From: an uncultured Armatimonadetes bacterium
GTDB lineage: Bacteria > Armatimonadota > Armatimonadia > Armatimonadales > Capsulimonadaceae
Direction of reading: 5' to 3'
Assembly (NCBI GenBank): GCA_963699265.1
Contig: OY969427.1
Span: 3,784,006 to 3,848,005 of the forward strand
DNA length: 64,000 nucleotides
The translations under genes and the position numbers were made by a program. This document shows positions 62,816-64,000 of this stretch, in pieces. The notes under the pieces were generated by a model. The model saw only the letters and a program-made list of their open reading frames with translations. It was not told where the DNA came from and did no database searches. Position 1 is the first letter of the stretch. The number at the start of each line of letters is the position of its first letter.

Positions 62816-63487
62816 ATGTCAACAACATTTCAAGTTAAGAAGGCGGACGGCTCGTCGAGCGGAACCGCGACAGGTAGCGCTAAGCTGTTCTCCAAGACGG
62901 TGAACAAGGGCCTGCTCCATCAGGCGGTTTTGACCGAAGCGGTCAACAGCCGTCAAGATACGAAAAAGACCAAGACCCGCGCCGAGGTGCATCACACCAC
63001 CCGCAAGCCGTACAAGCAAAAGGGCACAGGACGCGCGCGCCAGGGTATGACCTCCGCACCGCACTACCGTCATGGCGGTATCGCGCTTGGGCCTAGACCA
63101 CGCGACATGCACAACAGCCTGCCGAAGAAGATGCGGCGCGCGGCGATTTCGGCTGCGCTATCGTCAAAAGCGGCTGAAAACTTGATAGTGGTGGTTGATT
63201 CGATCTCGTTCGATACGATCAGCACCAAGACTGCGGCGAACATGATCAAGGCACTAGAACTTACCGGTAAGCGAGTCCTGATTATTCTGGCCGAGCACAA
63301 CGCCGTCGTTCACAAGTCGTTCCGCAACATTCCCAAGATTGAAGTCCGGTTCGCACCAGCGTTCTCGACTCGCGACGTGCTTATTGCTGAAACTGTCCTA
63401 ATCACCAAGGACGCCCTCGACAAGATCGAGGCCGCATGGGGTGGCGAGCTTGAGAACGAGGCTGAGCCTGCGGAAGCGGAGGCCTAA
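62816..63487 (+). CDS. rplD: 50S ribosomal protein L4
   Basis: RKPYKQKGTGRARQGMTSAPHYRHGGIALGPRPRD. Confidence 0.95.
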   Translation: MSTTFQVKKADGSSSGTATGSAKLFSKTVNKGLLHQAVLTEAVNSRQDTKKTKTRAEVHHTTRKPYKQKGTGRARQGMTSAPHYRHGGIALGPRPRDMHNSLPKKMRRAAISAALSSKAAENLIVVVDSISFDTISTKTAANMIKALELTGKRVLIILAEHNAVVHKSFRNIPKIEVRFAPAFSTRDVLIAETVLITKDALDKIEAAWGGELENEAEPAEAEA

Positions 63488-63495
63488 GCAAAACC

Positions 63496-63822
63496 ATGAG
63501 CATTACGACTAAGAGTCCTTACGAAATCATCATCCGGCCTATCGTGACGGAAAAGAGCGTCCTCGGCTCCAACGACGGCAAGTTCGTCTTTGAAGTCTCG
63601 AAGAACGCCAACAAGTACGAAATCGCGTGGGCTGTCGAGCAGATTCAAAAAGATATCAAGAACACGATCAATGTGGTCAGCGTCAACACCGTCGCCGCGC
63701 ATGGAAAGAACCGGCGTGGCCGCTTCTTCAAGCGCGCGAACAAGGGGTTTGCCGCAGGCTACAAAAAGGCCATTGTGACGCTCAAAGAGGGTCAGCAGAT
63801 CGAGCTTGTCGAGGGAGTGTAA
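63496..63822 (+). CDS. rplW: 50S ribosomal protein L23
   Basis: PYEIIIRPIVTEKSV...KFVFEVSKNANKYEI...KKAIVTL. Confidence 0.95.
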   Translation: MSITTKSPYEIIIRPIVTEKSVLGSNDGKFVFEVSKNANKYEIAWAVEQIQKDIKNTINVVSVNTVAAHGKNRRGRFFKRANKGFAAGYKKAIVTLKEGQQIELVEGV

Positions 63823-63831
63823 CTAAAACTC

Positions 63832-64000
63832 ATGCCTGTAAAGCGATATAAACCTACAACGCCAAGCCGACGATTCCGAACGGTCTTTGACTATTCTGAG
63901 CTTACGACCGACAAGCCGGAGAAGTCGCTGCTGGTGCCGATCCCGCACTCCGGCGGTCGAAACCACAACGGTCGCCGCACCGCAGTCAATACGGCTGGCG
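63832..64000 (+). CDS. rplB: 50S ribosomal protein L2, 5' partial (runs off the window end)
   Basis: This is not in the track because it has no stop. The ATG at 63832 gives MPVKRYKPTTPSRRFRTVFDYSELTTDKPEKSLLVPIPHSGGRNHNGR, which is canonical L2. Confidence 0.9.
   Translation, partial: MPVKRYKPTTPSRRFRTVFDYSELTTDKPEKSLLVPIPHSGGRNHNGRRTAVNTAG

Overview
This is a bacterial chromosomal window of moderate GC content. It carries many prepilin-type [25 protein letters not shown] / DUF1559-like proteins, which by eye fits Armatimonadota- or Planctomycetota-like genomes; this is an inference only. Layout: (1) 1-4.4 kb holds core genes: a DUF4350-like/DUF4129/membrane operon, grpE, tRNA-Leu(UAG) and tRNA-Gly(GCC). 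(2) 4.8-46.6 kb is a large glycan-utilisation accessory region. It contains two AraR-like regulators (GntR HTH fused to a LacI-type sensor fold), five pseudopilin-like genes (a tandem pair and a tandem triplet) and three paralogs of a ~1,720-aa secreted CBM9-like/FlgD-Ig/NHL-propeller/CBM4_9 protein. It also contains GH116, two GH38 paralogs, three esterases (Abhydrolase_3, SASA-like, CE7-like), a beta-helix/CBM35-like protein and two unclassified GH-like proteins. Near-consensus sigma70 promoters in this region share a TGTGCAA/TTGCACA box. (3) 47-51.3 kb holds an HxlR/DoxX pair, a lactonase-like lipoprotein and purF. (4) 51.3-54.1 kb is a mini defence island: an excisionase-HTH/MazF-like TA pair plus Vsr, an HNH nuclease and an m5C methyltransferase, nested in duplicated 3' ends of purF and vsr. 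(5) 55.4-64 kb holds rpmB and the str/S10 ribosomal cluster. That cluster is interrupted between rpsJ and rplC by a HEPN-like plus BolA-like two-gene cassette. Sequence-level oddities: at least eight gene disruptions that all require a +1 shift, two in-frame TGA codons, a tail-to-tail deletion junction near 33.74 kb, and a strongly GC3-enriched tuf. I recognised no rRNA, CRISPR array, transposase or integrase. All domain calls are by-eye motif recognition and none is a database search.
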